NCBI GenBank assembly: GCA_002269645.1
Contig: NIVC01000441.1
Span: 1 to 64,000, forward strand
Direction of reading: 5' to 3'
DNA from: Macrostomum lignano
Lineage: Eukaryota
Length of the DNA: 64,000 nt
Shown here: positions 43,051 through 59,154 of the stretch, piece by piece
Layout: the number at the start of each line of letters is the position of its first letter
Position numbering within the stretch: the stretch's first letter is position 1
Program-made: the position numbers and the translations under genes
Notes under the pieces: generated by a model
Told to the model about the DNA's origin: nothing
Databases searched by the model: none
What the model saw: the letters and a program-made list of their open reading frames with translations, nothing else

Positions 43051-43381
43051 AAGAGGGCCAGCCAGAAGTGTACTCCACCGATCACTCTCAGATTAGAGAA
43101 TGGTGTCACAGTTCGTATTTCATTGATCGAACCCTAAAACCCTACAGGCCGCAATTATCTCAGACTTTCGTGGCTATGCGTTTCAGTTTAAAGCGCGGAC
43201 GGACAGCTCCTCGGGCCACACGCACAGCCGGCTGTGCAGCATTCGACACTTCCTGTGGGCGGAACTCAACAGCAGGGCATAATCCATTAATAATCGGGAC
43301 GGGAGGGCCATGCTGCCTGCCTCTGCCTGAGCTTTTTCGCCGAAATGCGAGCGTAGCTCGGACTAGTCGTAAAAGTACATG

Positions 43382-45078
<1,697 letters not shown>

Positions 45079-46066
45079 CTGCAGTTTTGCGGTCCTTAGT
45101 TTCAGGACAAACCTTACAGAGTGCAAAATTACGCAGTTCTTCTTCGACCTGAAAGCGCAAAAGTAGTTAACTGCATTCTAGAGTGCTGCAGTCTGTGCAG
45201 ATATTCTGTGGTCTGTACCGTTCCGTCTGCCAACAAATTGCCGTTACTTAGTGAACTTTAGCTGGCAGTCTGTCTGCCATCCATGTAGCCAGTTATGCAA
45301 TACCCACTAAGCATTGCACTAATTGATAGCCAATGGCATCAGTAGCCCCAGTGGAAAGCGCCTACTACATAGAAGACGCAGTGGGCAATACAAGCTCTAT
45401 ATATAATCCGAGCATATGCCGGCCGCTAATCCTCGCAAACTAATTCGCCTAGACAGGCACAAAGATGAGGCCCGAGAATTGGGCTTCCATCCAGAGTGGA
45501 TTAAGGATTAGCATGCTTACATATAGTGGGTGAGTGTTGTAGCGGACTAAAATGATTTATCAAGTCAAGCCAAGCTAGGAAAGAAGAAATTTTCAACTGG
45601 ATTCTTTAAATTCGAAACTTTTCGCGTCTTTCTGATTTCTTAGAATTACATGTGAATGTCAATATCGATTGCTTGTTTCCTGGCGTGAAATTGCCTGTCT
45701 CTATCAGCCAGTATGGGCAATTTTTACGCCTCGCTGACGTCCTAGGTTCGCGCCTCTATCCAATCGATTATAAAGCAGCTTGAAAGAATTTTAGAAACTC
45801 TACTATATGGAACAGAACAGAGTAAAGTACATAAAGTATATGCGTTCATCTGGAAACTAAGGACTGTCAGCTAAATTATACTCCTGCACAATTCGAAATA
45901 TCACAAGATCAGGTTTGGCGCATGAAATCCATTAGCATCTGTTCGCAAATCATATTAGCCATTAAATCCATTAAATTCGGCTATTCAACCTTTTGCAAAT
46001 TTGGATATCCCAAAAAAATCTATGGGATTTTCCTTTTCATTTCATTTGAGTTTGAGATAAGGGAGA

Positions 46067-49000
46067 GGTAGCAGAGCCCCACTGACTGAATGATCTGGAG
46101 CGGGTAGCAGAGCCCCACTGAATGATCTGGAGCGGGTAGCAGAGCCCCACTGACTGAATGATCTGGAGCGGGTAGCAGAGCCCCACTGAATGATCTGGAG
46201 CGGGTAGCAGAGCCCCACTGAATGATCTAGAGCGGGTAGCAGAGCCCCACTGAATGATCTAGAGCGGGTAGCAGAGCCCCACTGACTGAATGATCTGGAG
46301 CGGGTAGCAGAGCCCCACTGAATGATCTGGAGCGGGTAGCAGAGCCCCACTGAATGATCTGGAGCGGGTAGCAGAGCCCCACTGAATGATCTGGAGCGGG
46401 TAGCAGAGCCCCACTGACTGAATGATCTGGAGCGGGTAGCAGAGCCCCACTGAATGATCTGGAGCGGGTAGCAGAGCCCCACTGACTGAATGATCTGGAG
46501 CGGGTAGCAGAGCCCCACTGAATGATCTGGAGCGGGTAGCAGAGCCCCACTGAATGATCTGGAGCGGGTAGCAGAGCCCCACTGAATGATCTGGAGCGGG
46601 TAGCAGAGCCCCACTGAATGATCTGGAGCGGGTAGCAGAGCCCCACTGAATGATCTGGAGCGGGTAGCAGAGCCCCACTGAATGATCTGGAGCGGGTAGC
46701 AGAGCCCCACTGAATGATCTGGAGCGGGTAGCAGAGCCCCACTGACTGAATGATCTGGAGCGGGTAGCAGAGCCCCACTGAATGATCTGGAGCGGGTAGC
46801 AGAGCCCCACTGACTGAATGATCTGGAGCGGGTAGCAGAGCCCCACTGAATGATCTGGAGCGGGTAGCAGAGCCCCACTGAATGATCTGGAGCGGGTAGC
46901 AGAGCCCCACTGAATGATCTGGAGCGGGTAGCAGAGCCCCACTGAATGATCTGGAGCGGGTAGCAGAGCCCCACTGAATGATCTGGAGCGGGTAGCAGAG
47001 CCCCACTGACTGAATGATCTGGAGCGGGTAGCAGAGCCCCACTGACTGAATGATCTGGAGCGGGTAGCAGAGCCCCACTGACTGAATGATCTGGAGCGGG
47101 TAGCAGAGCCCCACTGACTGAATGATCTGGAGCGGGTAGCAGAGCCCCACTGAATGATCTGGAGCGGGTAGCAGAGCCCCACTGAATGATCTGGAGCGGG
47201 TAGCAGAGCCCCACTGAATGATCTGGAGCGGGTAGCAGAGCCCCACTGAATGATCTGGAGCGGGTAGCAGAGCCTCACTGAATGATCTGGAGCGGGTAGC
47301 AGAGCCCCACTGAATGATCTGGAGCGGGTAGCAGAGCCCCACTGACTGAATGATCTGGAGCGGGTAGCAGAGCCCCACTGAATGATCTGGAGCGGGTAGC
47401 AGAGCCCCACTGACTGAATGATCTGGAGCGGGTAGCAGAGCCCCACTGAATGATCTGGAGCGGGTAGCAGAGCCCACTGACTGAATGATCTGGAGCGGGT
47501 AGCAGAGCCCCACTGAATGATCTGGAGCGGGTAGCAGAGCCCCACTGAATGATCTGGAGCGGGTAGCAGAGCCCCACTGAATGATCTGGAGCGGGTAGCA
47601 GAGCCCCACTGACTGAATGATCTGGAGCGGGTAGCAGAGCCCCACTGAATGATCTGGAGCGGGTAGCAGAGCCCCACTGAATGATCTGGAGCGGGTAGCA
47701 GAGCCCACTGAATGATCTGGAGCGGGTAGCAGAGCCCCACTGAATGATCTGGAGCGGGTAGCAGAGCCCCACTGACTGAATGATCTGGAGCGGGTAGCAG
47801 AGCCCCACTGAATGATCTGGAGCGGGTAGCAGAGCCCCACTGAATGATCTGGAGCGGGTAGCAGAGCCCCACTGAATGATCTGGAGCGGGTAGCAGAGCC
47901 CCACTGAATGATCTGGAGCGGGTAGCAGAGCCCCACTGAATGATCTGGAGCGGGTAGCAGAGCCCCACTGACTGAATGATCTGGAGCGGGTAGCAGAGCC
48001 CCACTGAATGATCTGGAGCGGGTAGCAGAGCCCCACTGACTGAATGATCTGGAGCGGGTAGCAGAGCCCCACTGACTGAATGATCTGGAGCGGGTAGCAG
48101 AGCCCCACTGAATGATCTGGAGCGGGTAGCAGAGCCCCACTGAATGATCTGGAGCGGGTAGCAGAGCCCCACTGAATGATCTGGAGCGGGTAGCAGAGCC
48201 CCACTGAATGATCTGGAGCGGGTAGCAGAGCCCCACTGACTGAATGATCTGGAGCGGGTAGCAGAGCCCCACTGACTGAATGATCTGGAGCGGGTAGCAG
48301 AGCCCCACTGACTGAATGATCTGGAGCGGGTAGCAGAGCCCCACTGACTGAATGATCTGGAGCGGGTAGCAGAGCCCCACTGAATGATCTGGAGCGGGTA
48401 GCAGAGCCCCACTGAATGATCTGGAGCGGGTAGCAGAGCCCCACTGAATGATCTGGAGCGGGTAGCAGAGCCCCACTGAATGATCTGGAGCGGGTAGCAG
48501 AGCCCCACTGAATGATCTGGAGCGGGTAGCAGAGCCCCACTGAATGATCTGGAGCGGGTAGCAGAGCCCCACTGACTGAATGATCTGGAGCGGGTAGCAG
48601 AGCCCCACTGAATGATCTGGAGCGGGTAGCAGAGCCCCACTGACTGAATGATCTGGAGCGGGTAGCAGAGCCCCACTGAATGATCTGGAGCGGGTAGCAG
48701 AGCCCCACTGAATGATCTGGAGCGGGTAGCAGAGCCCCACTGACTGAATGATCTGGAGCGGGTAGCAGAGCCCCACTGAATGATCTGGAGCGGGTAGCAG
48801 AGCCCCACTGACTGAATGATCTGGAGCGGGTAGCAGAGCCCCACTGAATGATCTGGAGCGGGTAGCAGAGCCCCACTGAATGATCTGGAGCGGGTAGCAG
48901 AGCCCCACTGAATGATCTGGAGCGGGTAGCAGAGCCCCACTGAATGATCTGGAGCGGGTAGCAGAGCCCCACTGACTGAATGATCTGGAGCGGGTAGCAG

Positions 49001-52000
49001 AGCCCCACTGAATGATCTGGAGCGGGTAGCAGAGCCCCACTGAATGATCTGGAGCGGGTAGCAGAGCCCCACTGAATGATCTGGAGCGGGTAGCAGAGCC
49101 CCACTGAATGATCTGGAGCGGGTAGCAGAGCCCCACTGAATGATCTGGAGCGGGTAGCAGAGCCCCACTGACTGAATGATCTGGAGCGGGTAGCAGAGCC
49201 CCACTGAATGATCTGGAGCGGGTAGCAGAGCCCCACTGAATGATCTGGAGCGGGTAGCAGAGCCCCACTGAATGATCTGGAGCGGGTAGCAGAGCCCCAC
49301 TGAATGATCTGGAGCGGGTAGCAGAGCCCCACTGAATGATCTGGAGCGGGTAGCAGAGCCCCACTGAATGATCTGGAGCGGGTAGCAGAGCCCCACTGAA
49401 TGATCTGGAGCGGGTAGCAGAGCCCCACTGAATGATCTGGAGCGGGTAGCAGAGCCCCACTGACTGAATGATCTGGAGCGGGTAGCAGAGCCCCACTGAA
49501 TGATCTGGAGCGGGTAGCAGAGCCCCACTGAATGATCTGGAGCGGGTAGCAGAGCCCCACTGAATGATCTGGAGCGGGTAGCAGAGCCCCACTGAATGAT
49601 CTGGAGCGGGTAGCAGAGCCCCACTGAATGATCTGGAGCGGGTAGCAGAGCCCCACTGACTGAATGATCTGGAGCGGGTAGCAGAGCCCCACTGACTGAA
49701 TGATCTGGAGCGGGTAGCAGAGCCCCACTGAATGATCTGGAGCGGGTAGCAGAGCCCCACTGAATGATCTGGAGCGGGTAGCAGAGCCCCACTGAATGAT
49801 CTGGAGCGGGTAGCAGAGCCCACTGAATGATCTGGAGCGGGTAGCAGAGCCCCACTGAATGATCTGGAGCGGGTAGCAGAGCCCACTGAATGATCTGGAG
49901 CGGGTAGCAGAGCCCCACTGAATGATCTGGAGCGGGTAGCAGAGCCCACTGAATGATCTGGAGCGGGTAGCAGAGCCCCACTGAATGATCTGGAGCGGGT
50001 AGCAGAGCCCCACTGAATGATCTGGAGCGGGTAGCAGAGCCCCACTGAATGATCTGGAGCGGGTAGCAGAGCCCACTGAATGATCTGGAGCGGGTAGCAG
50101 AGCCCCACTGACTGAATGATCTGGAGCGGGTAGCAGAGCCCCACTGAATGATCTGGAGCGGGTAGCAGAGCCCCACTGAATGATCTGGAGCGGGTAGCAG
50201 AGCCCCACTGAATGATCTGGAGCGGGTAGCAGAGCCCCACTGAATGATCTGGAGCGGGTAGCAGAGCCCCACTGAATGATCTGGAGCGGGTAGCAGAGCC
50301 CCACTGAATGATCTGGAGCGGGTAGCAGAGCCCCACTGAATGATCTGGAGCGGGTAGCAGAGCCCCACTGAATGATCTGGAGCGGGTAGCAGAGCCCCAC
50401 TGAAATGATCTGGAGCGGGTAGCAGAGCCCCACTGAATGATCTGGAGCGGGTAGCAGAGCCCCACTGAATGATCTGGAGCGGGTAGCAGAGCCCCACTGA
50501 ATGATCTGGAGCGGGTAGCAGAGCCCCACTGAATGATCTGGAGCGGGTAGCAGAGCCCCACTGAATGATCTGGAGCGGGTAGCAGAGCCCCACTGAATGA
50601 TCTGGAGCGGGTAGCAGAGCCCCACTGAATGATCTGGAGCGGGTAGCAGAGCCCCACTGAATGATCTGGAGCGGGTAGCAGAGCCCCACTGAATGATCTG
50701 GAGCGGGTAGCAGAGCCCCACTGAATGATCTGGAGCGGGTAGCAGAGCCCCACTGAATGATCTGGAGCGGGTAGCAGAGCCCCACTGAATGATCTGGAGC
50801 GGGTAGCAGAGCCCCACTGAATGATCTGGAGCGGGTAGCAGAGCCCCACTGAATGATCTGGAGCGGGTAGCAGAGCCCCACTGAATGATCTGGAGCGGGT
50901 AGCAGAGCCCCACTGAATGATCTGGAGCGGGTAGCAGAGCCCCACTGAATGATCTGGAGCGGGTAGCAGAGCCCCACTGAATGATCTGGAGCGGGTAGCA
51001 GAGCCCCACTGAATGATCTGGAGCGGGTAGCAGAGCCCCACTGAATGATCTGGAGCGGGTAGCAGAGCCCACTGAATGATCTGGAGCGGGTAGCAGAGCC
51101 CCACTGACTGAATGATCTGGAGCGGGTAGCAGAGCCCCACTGAATGATCTGGAGCGGGTAGCAGAGCCCCACTGAATGATCTGGAGCGGGTAGCAGAGCC
51201 CCACTGAAATGATCTGGAGCGGGTAGCAGAGCCCACTGACTGAATGATCTGGAGCGGGTAGCAGAGCCCCACTGAATGATCTGGAGCGGGTAGCAGAGCC
51301 CCACTGAATGATCTGGAGCGGGTAGCAGAGCCCCACTGAATGATCTGGAGCGGGTAGCAGAGCCCCACTGAATGATCTGGAGCGGGTAGCAGAGCCCCAC
51401 TGAATGATCTGGAGCGGGTAGCAGAGCCCCACTGAATGATCTGGAGCGGGTAGCAGAGCCCCACTGAATGATCTGGAGCGGGTAGCAGAGCCCCACTGAA
51501 TGATCTGGAGCGGGTAGCAGAGCCCCACTGAATGATCTGGAGCGGGTAGCAGAGCCCCACTGAATGATCTGGAGCGGGTAGCAGAGCCCCACTGAATGAT
51601 CTGGAGCGGGTAGCAGAGCCCCACTGAATGATCTGGAGCGGGTAGCAGAGCCCCACTGAATGATCTGGAGCGGGTAGCAGAGCCCCACTGAATGATCTGG
51701 AGCGGGTAGCAGAGCCCCACTGAATGATCTGGAGCGGGTAGCAGAGCCCCACTGAATGATCTGGAGCGGGTAGCAGAGCCCCACTGAATGATCTGGAGCG
51801 GGTAGCAGAGCCCCACTGAATGATCTGGAGCGGGTAGCAGAGCCCCACTGAATGATCTGGAGCGGGTAGCAGAGCCCCACTGAATGATCTGGAGCGGGTA
51901 GCAGAGCCCCACTGAATGATCTGGAGCGGGTAGCAGAGCCCCACTGAATGATCTGGAGCGGGTAGCAGAGCCCCACTGAATGATCTGGAGCGGGTAGCAG

Positions 52001-55000
52001 AGCCCCACTGAATGATCTGGAGCGGGTAGCAGAGCCCCACTGAATGATCTGGAGCGGGTAGCAGAGCCCCACTGAATGATCTGGAGCGGGTAGCAGAGCC
52101 CCACTGAATGATCTGGAGCGGGTAGCAGAGCCCCACTGAATGATCTGGAGCGGGTAGCAGAGCCCCACTGAATGATCTGGAGCGGGTAGCAGAGCCCCAC
52201 TGAATGATCTGGAGCGGGTAGCAGAGCCCCACTGAATGATCTGGAGCGGGTAGCAGAGCCCCACTGAATGATCTGGAGCGGGTAGCAGAGCCCCACTGAA
52301 TGATCTGGAGCGGGTAGCAGAGCCCCACTGAATGATCTGGAGCGGGTAGCAGAGCCCCACTGAATGATCTGGAGCGGGTAGCAGAGCCCCACTGAATGAT
52401 CTGGAGCGGGTAGCAGAGCCCCACTGAATGATCTGGAGCGGGTAGCAGAGCCCCACTGAATGATCTGGAGCGGGTAGCAGAGCCCCACTGAATGATCTGG
52501 AGCGGGTAGCAGAGCCCCACTGAATGATCTGGAGCGGGTAGCAGAGCCCCACTGAATGATCTGGAGCGGGTAGCAGAGCCCCACTGAATGATCTGGAGCG
52601 GGTAGCAGAGCCCCACTGAATGATCTGGAGCGGGTAGCAGAGCCCCACTGAATGATCTGGAGCGGGTAGCAGAGCCCCACTGAATGATCTGGAGCGGGTA
52701 GCAGAGCCCCACTGAATGATCTGGAGCGGGTAGCAGAGCCCCACTGAATGATCTGGAGCGGGTAGCAGAGCCCCACTGACTGAATGATCTGGAGCGGGTA
52801 GCAGAGCCCCACTGAATGATCTGGAGCGGGTAGCAGAGCCCCACTGAATGATCTGGAGCGGGTAGCAGAGCCCCACTGAATGATCTGGAGCGGGTAGCAG
52901 AGCCCCACTGAATGATCTGGAGCGGGTAGCAGAGCCCCACTGAATGATCTGGAGCGGGTAGCAGAGCCCCACTGAATGATCTGGAGCGGGTAGCAGAGCC
53001 CCACTGAATGATCTGGAGCGGGTAGCAGAGCCCCACTGAATGATCTGGAGCGGGTAGCAGAGCCCCACTGAATGATCTGGAGCGGGTAGCAGAGCCCCAC
53101 TGAATGATCTGGAGCGGGTAGCAGAGCCCCACTGAATGATCTGGAGCGGGTAGCAGAGCCCCACTGAATGATCTGGAGCGGGTAGCAGAGCCCCACTGAA
53201 TGATCTGGAGCGGGTAGCAGAGCCCCACTGAATGATCTGGAGCGGGTAGCAGAGCCCCACTGAATGATCTGGAGCGGGTAGCAGAGCCCCACTGAATGAT
53301 CTGGAGCGGGTAGCAGAGCCCCACTGAATGATCTGGAGCGGGTAGCAGAGCCCCACTGAATGATCTGGAGCGGGTAGCAGAGCCCCACTGAATGATCTGG
53401 AGCGGGTAGCAGAGCCCCACTGAATGATCTGGAGCGGGTAGCAGAGCCCCACTGAATGATCTGGAGCGGGTAGCAGAGCCCCACTGAATGATCTGGAGCG
53501 GGTAGCAGAGCCCCACTGAATGATCTGGAGCGGGTAGCAGAGCCCCACTGAATGATCTGGAGCGGGTAGCAGAGCCCCACTGAATGATCTGGAGCGGGTA
53601 GCAGAGCCCCACTGAATGATCTGGAGCGGGTAGCAGAGCCCCACTGAATGATCTGGAGCGGGTAGCAGAGCCCCACTGAATGATCTGGAGCGGGTAGCAG
53701 AGCCCCACTGAATGATCTGGAGCGGGTAGCAGAGCCCCACTGAATGATCTGGAGCGGGTAGCAGAGCCCCACTGAATGATCTGGAGCGGGTAGCAGAGCC
53801 CCACTGAATGATCTGGAGCGGGTAGCAGAGCCCCACTGAATGATCTGGAGCGGGTAGCAGAGCCCCACTGAATGATCTGGAGCGGGTAGCAGAGCCCCAC
53901 TGAATGATCTGGAGCGGGTAGCAGAGCCCCACTGAATGATCTGGAGCGGGTAGCAGAGCCCCACTGAATGATCTGGAGCGGGTAGCAGAGCCCCACTGAA
54001 TGATCTGGAGCGGGTAGCAGAGCCCCACTGAATGATCTGGAGCGGGTAGCAGAGCCCCACTGAATGATCTGGAGCGGGTAGCAGAGCCCCACTGAATGAT
54101 CTGGAGCGGGTAGCAGAGCCCCACTGAATGATCTGGAGCGGGTAGCAGAGCCCCACTGAATGATCTGGAGCGGGTAGCAGAGCCCCCCTGACTGAATGAT
54201 CTGGAGCGGGTAGCAGAGCCCCACTGAATGATCTGGAGCGGGTAGCAGAGCCCCACTGAATGATCTGGAGCGGGTAGCAGAGCCCCACTGAATGATCTGG
54301 AGCGGGTAGCAGAGCCCCACTGAATGATCTGGAGCGGGTAGCAGAGCCCCACTGAATGATCTGGAGCGGGTAGCAGAGCCCCACTGAATGATCTGGAGCG
54401 GGTAGCAGAGCCCCACTGAATGATCTGGAGCGGGTAGCAGAGCCCCACTGAATGATCTGGAGCGGGTAGCAGAGCCCCACTGAATGATCTGGAGCGGGTA
54501 GCAGAGCCCCACTGAATGATCTGGAGCGGGTAGCAGAGCCCCACTGAATGATCTGGAGCGGGTAGCAGAGCCCCACTGAATGATCTGGAGCGGGTAGCAG
54601 AGCCCCACTGAATGATCTGGAGCGGGTAGCAGAGCCCCACTGAATGATCTGGAGCGGGTAGCAGAGCCCCACTGAATGATCTGGAGCGGGTAGCAGAGCC
54701 CCACTGAATGATCTGGAGCGGGTAGCAGAGCCCCACTGAATGATCTGGAGCGGGTAGCAGAGCCCCACTGAATGATCTGGAGCGGGTAGCAGAGCCCCAC
54801 TGAATGATCTGGAGCGGGTAGCAGAGCCCCACTGAATGATCTGGAGCGGGTAGCAGAGCCCCACTGAATGATCTGGAGCGGGTAGCAGAGCCCCACTGAA
54901 TGATCTGGAGCGGGTAGCAGAGCCCCACTGAATGATCTGGAGCGGGTAGCAGAGCCCCACTGAATGATCTGGAGCGGGTAGCAGAGCCCCACTGAATGAT

Positions 55001-58000
55001 CTGGAGCGGGTAGCAGAGCCCCACTGAATGATCTGGAGCGGGTAGCAGAGCCCCACTGAATGATCTGGAGCGGGTAGCAGAGCCCCACTGAATGATCTGG
55101 AGCGGGTAGCAGAGCCCCACTGAATGATCTGGAGCGGGTAGCAGAGCCCCACTGAATGATCTGGAGCGGGTAGCAGAGCCCCACTGAATGATCTGGAGCG
55201 GGTAGCAGAGCCCCACTGAATGATCTGGAGCGGGTAGCAGAGCCCCACTGAATGATCTGGAGCGGGTAGCAGAGCCCCACTGAATGATCTGGAGCGGGTA
55301 GCAGAGCCCCACTGAATGATCTGGAGCGGGTAGCAGAGCCCCACTGAATGATCTGGAGCGGGTAGCAGAGCCCCACTGAATGATCTGGAGCGGGTAGCAG
55401 AGCCCCACTGAATGATCTGGAGCGGGTAGCAGAGCCCCACTGAATGATCTGGAGCGGGTAGCAGAGCCCACTGACTGAATGATCTGGAGCGGGTAGCAGA
55501 GCCCCACTGAATGATCTGGAGCGGGTAGCAGAGCCCCACTGAATGATCTGGAGCGGGTAGCAGAGCCCCACTGAATGATCTGGAGCGGGTAGCAGAGCCC
55601 CACTGAATGATCTGGAGCGGGTAGCAGAGCCCCACTGAATGATCTGGAGCGGGTAGCAGAGCCCCACTGAATGATCTGGAGCGGGTAGCAGAGCCCCACT
55701 GAATGATCTGGAGCGGGTAGCAGAGCCCCACTGAATGATCTGGAGCGGGTAGCAGAGCCCCACTGAATGATCTGGAGCGGGTAGCAGAGCCCCACTGAAT
55801 GATCTGGAGCGGGTAGCAGAGCCCCACTGAATGATCTGGAGCGGGTAGCAGAGCCCCACTGAATGATCTGGAGCGGGTAGCAGAGCCCCACTGAATGATC
55901 TGGAGCGGGTAGCAGAGCCCCACTGAATGATCTGGAGCGGGTAGCAGAGCCCCACTGAATGATCTGGAGCGGGTAGCAGAGCCCCACTGAATGATCTGGA
56001 GCGGGTAGCAGAGCCCCACTGAATGATCTGGAGCGGGTAGCAGAGCCCCACTGAATGATCTGGAGCGGGTAGCAGAGCCCCACTGAATGATCTGGAGCGG
56101 GTAGCAGAGCCCCACTGAATGATCTGGAGCGGGTAGCAGAGCCCCACTGAATGATCTGGAGCGGGTAGCAGAGCCCCACTGAATGATCTGGAGCGGGTAG
56201 CAGAGCCCCACTGAATGATCTGGAGCGGGTAGCAGAGCCCCACTGAATGATCTGGAGCGGGTAGCAGAGCCCCACTGAATGATCTGGAGCGGGTAGCAGA
56301 GCCCCACTGAATGATCTGGAGCGGGTAGCAGAGCCCCACTGAATGATCTGGAGCGGGTAGCAGAGCCCCACTGAATGATCTGGAGCGGGTAGCAGAGCCC
56401 CACTGAATGATCTGGAGCGGGTAGCAGAGCCCCACTGAATGATCTGGAGCGGGTAGCAGAGCCCCACTGAATGATCTGGAGCGGGTAGCAGAGCCCCACT
56501 GAATGATCTGGAGCGGGTAGCAGAGCCCCACTGAATGATCTGGAGCGGGTAGCAGAGCCCCACTGAATGATCTGGAGCGGGTAGCAGAGCCCCACTGAAT
56601 GATCTGGAGCGGGTAGCAGAGCCCCACTGAATGATCTGGAGCGGGTAGCAGAGCCCCACTGAATGATCTGGAGCGGGTAGCAGAGCCCCACTGAATGATC
56701 TGGAGCGGGTAGCAGAGCCCCACTGAATGATCTGGAGCGGGTAGCAGAGCCCCACTGAATGATCTGGAGCGGGTAGCAGAGCCCCACTGAATGATCTGGA
56801 GCGGGTAGCAGAGCCCCACTGAATGATCTGGAGCGGGTAGCAGAGCCCCACTGAATGATCTGGAGCGGGTAGCAGAGCCCCACTGAATGATCTGGAGCGG
56901 GTAGCAGAGCCCCACTGAATGATCTGGAGCGGGTAGCAGAGCCCCACTGAATGATCTGGAGCGGGTAGCAGAGCCCCACTGAATGATCTGGAGCGGGTAG
57001 CAGAGCCCCACTGAATGATCTGGAGCGGGTAGCAGAGCCCCACTGAATGATCTGGAGCGGGTAGCAGAGCCCCACTGAATGATCTGGAGCGGGTAGCAGA
57101 GCCCCACTGAATGATCTGGAGCGGGTAGCAGAGCCCCACTGAATGATCTGGAGCGGGTAGCAGAGCCCCACTGAATGATCTGGAGCGGGTAGCAGAGCCC
57201 CACTGAATGATCTGGAGCGGGTAGCAGAGCCCCACTGAATGATCTGGAGCGGGTAGCAGAGCCCCACTGAATGATCTGGAGCGGGTAGCAGAGCCCCACT
57301 GAATGATCTGGAGCGGGTAGCAGAGCCCCACTGAATGATCTGGAGCGGGTAGCAGAGCCCCACTGAATGATCTGGAGCGGGTAGCAGAGCCCCACTGAAT
57401 GATCTGGAGCGGGTAGCAGAGCCCCACTGAATGATCTGGAGCGGGTAGCAGAGCCCCACTGAATGATCTGGAGCGGGTAGCAGAGCCCCACTGAATGATC
57501 TGGAGCGGGTAGCAGAGCCCCACTGAATGATCTGGAGCGGGTAGCAGAGCCCCACTGAATGATCTGGAGCGGGTAGCAGAGCCCCACTGAATGATCTGGA
57601 GCGGGTAGCAGAGCCCCACTGAATGATCTGGAGCGGGTAGCAGAGCCCCACTGAATGATCTGGAGCGGGTAGCAGAGCCCCACTGAATGATCTGGAGCGG
57701 GTAGCAGAGCCCACTGAATGATCTGGAGCGGGTAGCAGAGCCCCACTGAATGATCTGGAGCGGGTAGCAGAGCCCCACTGAATGATCTGGAGCGGGTAGC
57801 AGAGCCCCACTGAATGATCTGGAGCGGGTAGCAGAGCCCCACTGAATGATCTGGAGCGGGTAGCAGAGCCCCACTGAATGATCTGGAGCGGGTAGCAGAG
57901 CCCACTGAATGATCTGGAGCGGGTAGCAGAGCCCCACTGAATGATCTGGAGCGGGTAGCAGAGCCCCACTGAATGATCTGGAGCGGGTAGCAGAGCCCCA

Positions 58001-58519
58001 CTGAATGATCTGGAGCGGGTAGCAGAGCCCACTGAATGATCTGGAGCGGGTAGCAGAGCCCACTGAATGATCTGGAGCGGGTAGCAGAGCCCCACTGAAT
58101 GATCTGGAGCGGGTAGCAGAGCCCCACTGAATGATCTGGAGCGGGTAGCAGAGCCCCACTGAATGATCTGGAGCGGGTAGCAGAGCCCCACTGAATGATC
58201 TGGAGCGGGTAGCAGAGCCCCACTGAATGATCTGGAGCGGGTAGCAGAGCCCCACTGAATGATCTGGAGCGGGTAGCAGAGCCCCACTGAATGATCTGGA
58301 GCGGGTAGCAGAGCCCCACTGAATGATCTGGAGCGGGTAGCAGAGCCCCACTGAATGATCTGGAGCGGGTAGCAGAGCCCCACTGAATGATCTGGAGCGG
58401 GTAGCAGAGCCCCACTGAATGATCTGGAGCGGGTAGCAGAGCCCCACTGAATGATCTGGAGCGGGTAGCAGAGCCCCACTGAATGATCTGGAGCGGGTAG
58501 CAGAGCCCCACTGAATGAT
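46067..58519. repeat. 12.4 kb satellite, 32 bp unit TGAATGATCTGGAGCGGGTAGCAGAGCCCCAC (36-bp and 31-bp variants)
   Basis: About 385 copies. The minus-strand unit has no stop triplet, which produces the ~4000-aa pseudo-ORFs in all three frames. Confidence 0.99.
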
Positions 58520-59154
58520 AATAGCAAACGAATGATTGAACAGAATACAATCTCACCTTAGCTTCAATTGTGTGATGAAGCAGTTGTGTGTGGAAATAGT
58601 CAGATTTAGCTTTCCGTTGGTAATTCTTTCAGAGAACGCAATGTTTTTAAAGTTTTATAGGTTGGCAAATTAGGGCTGTGATAATGAATAGAAAACAAGA
58701 TTGAAATTCCTAAGTATTATTGGAAATCCACAAATATATGGACTCCCTGAGCTTTACTAACCTATATACCACAAACTCTAGCCAGAATTTATTTTTTATG
58801 ACCCTACTGGGTCACGCTCTCAGCGCTCTGTACAGGTATGCGTAAATAGCTATATTTTATTGCTGAAATTGATGGATGATAAGAGATTGTAAAATGGGCA
58901 GCCATACTATACTTTGGGCAGATCGTGCAGTTCACCGTGGGGGGCATTCTCAGTGTCTCAGTGCCTGTCTGAGTGTGCGCACTTCACAGCAGGGCCACTG
59001 CAGTGCCTGCATCACTCAAGCAAACCTGTCCTTACTCGTATCTGAGTTTAGCTTGATGAGGCCTTGTGTCTCGCATGGTGCAAAATAAAGGCTATGATAA
59101 GATATTAGATGGCTAAATGAGTATGAATTGCGAACTTGCTTCGGTAAGAAAGCA

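Noticed and set aside
46042-58556. ORFs of 4109, 4062, 3750 and 390 aa
   Set aside because: All three frames are open only because the 32-bp satellite unit lacks stop triplets on the minus strand; the peptides are cyclic permutations of one another.
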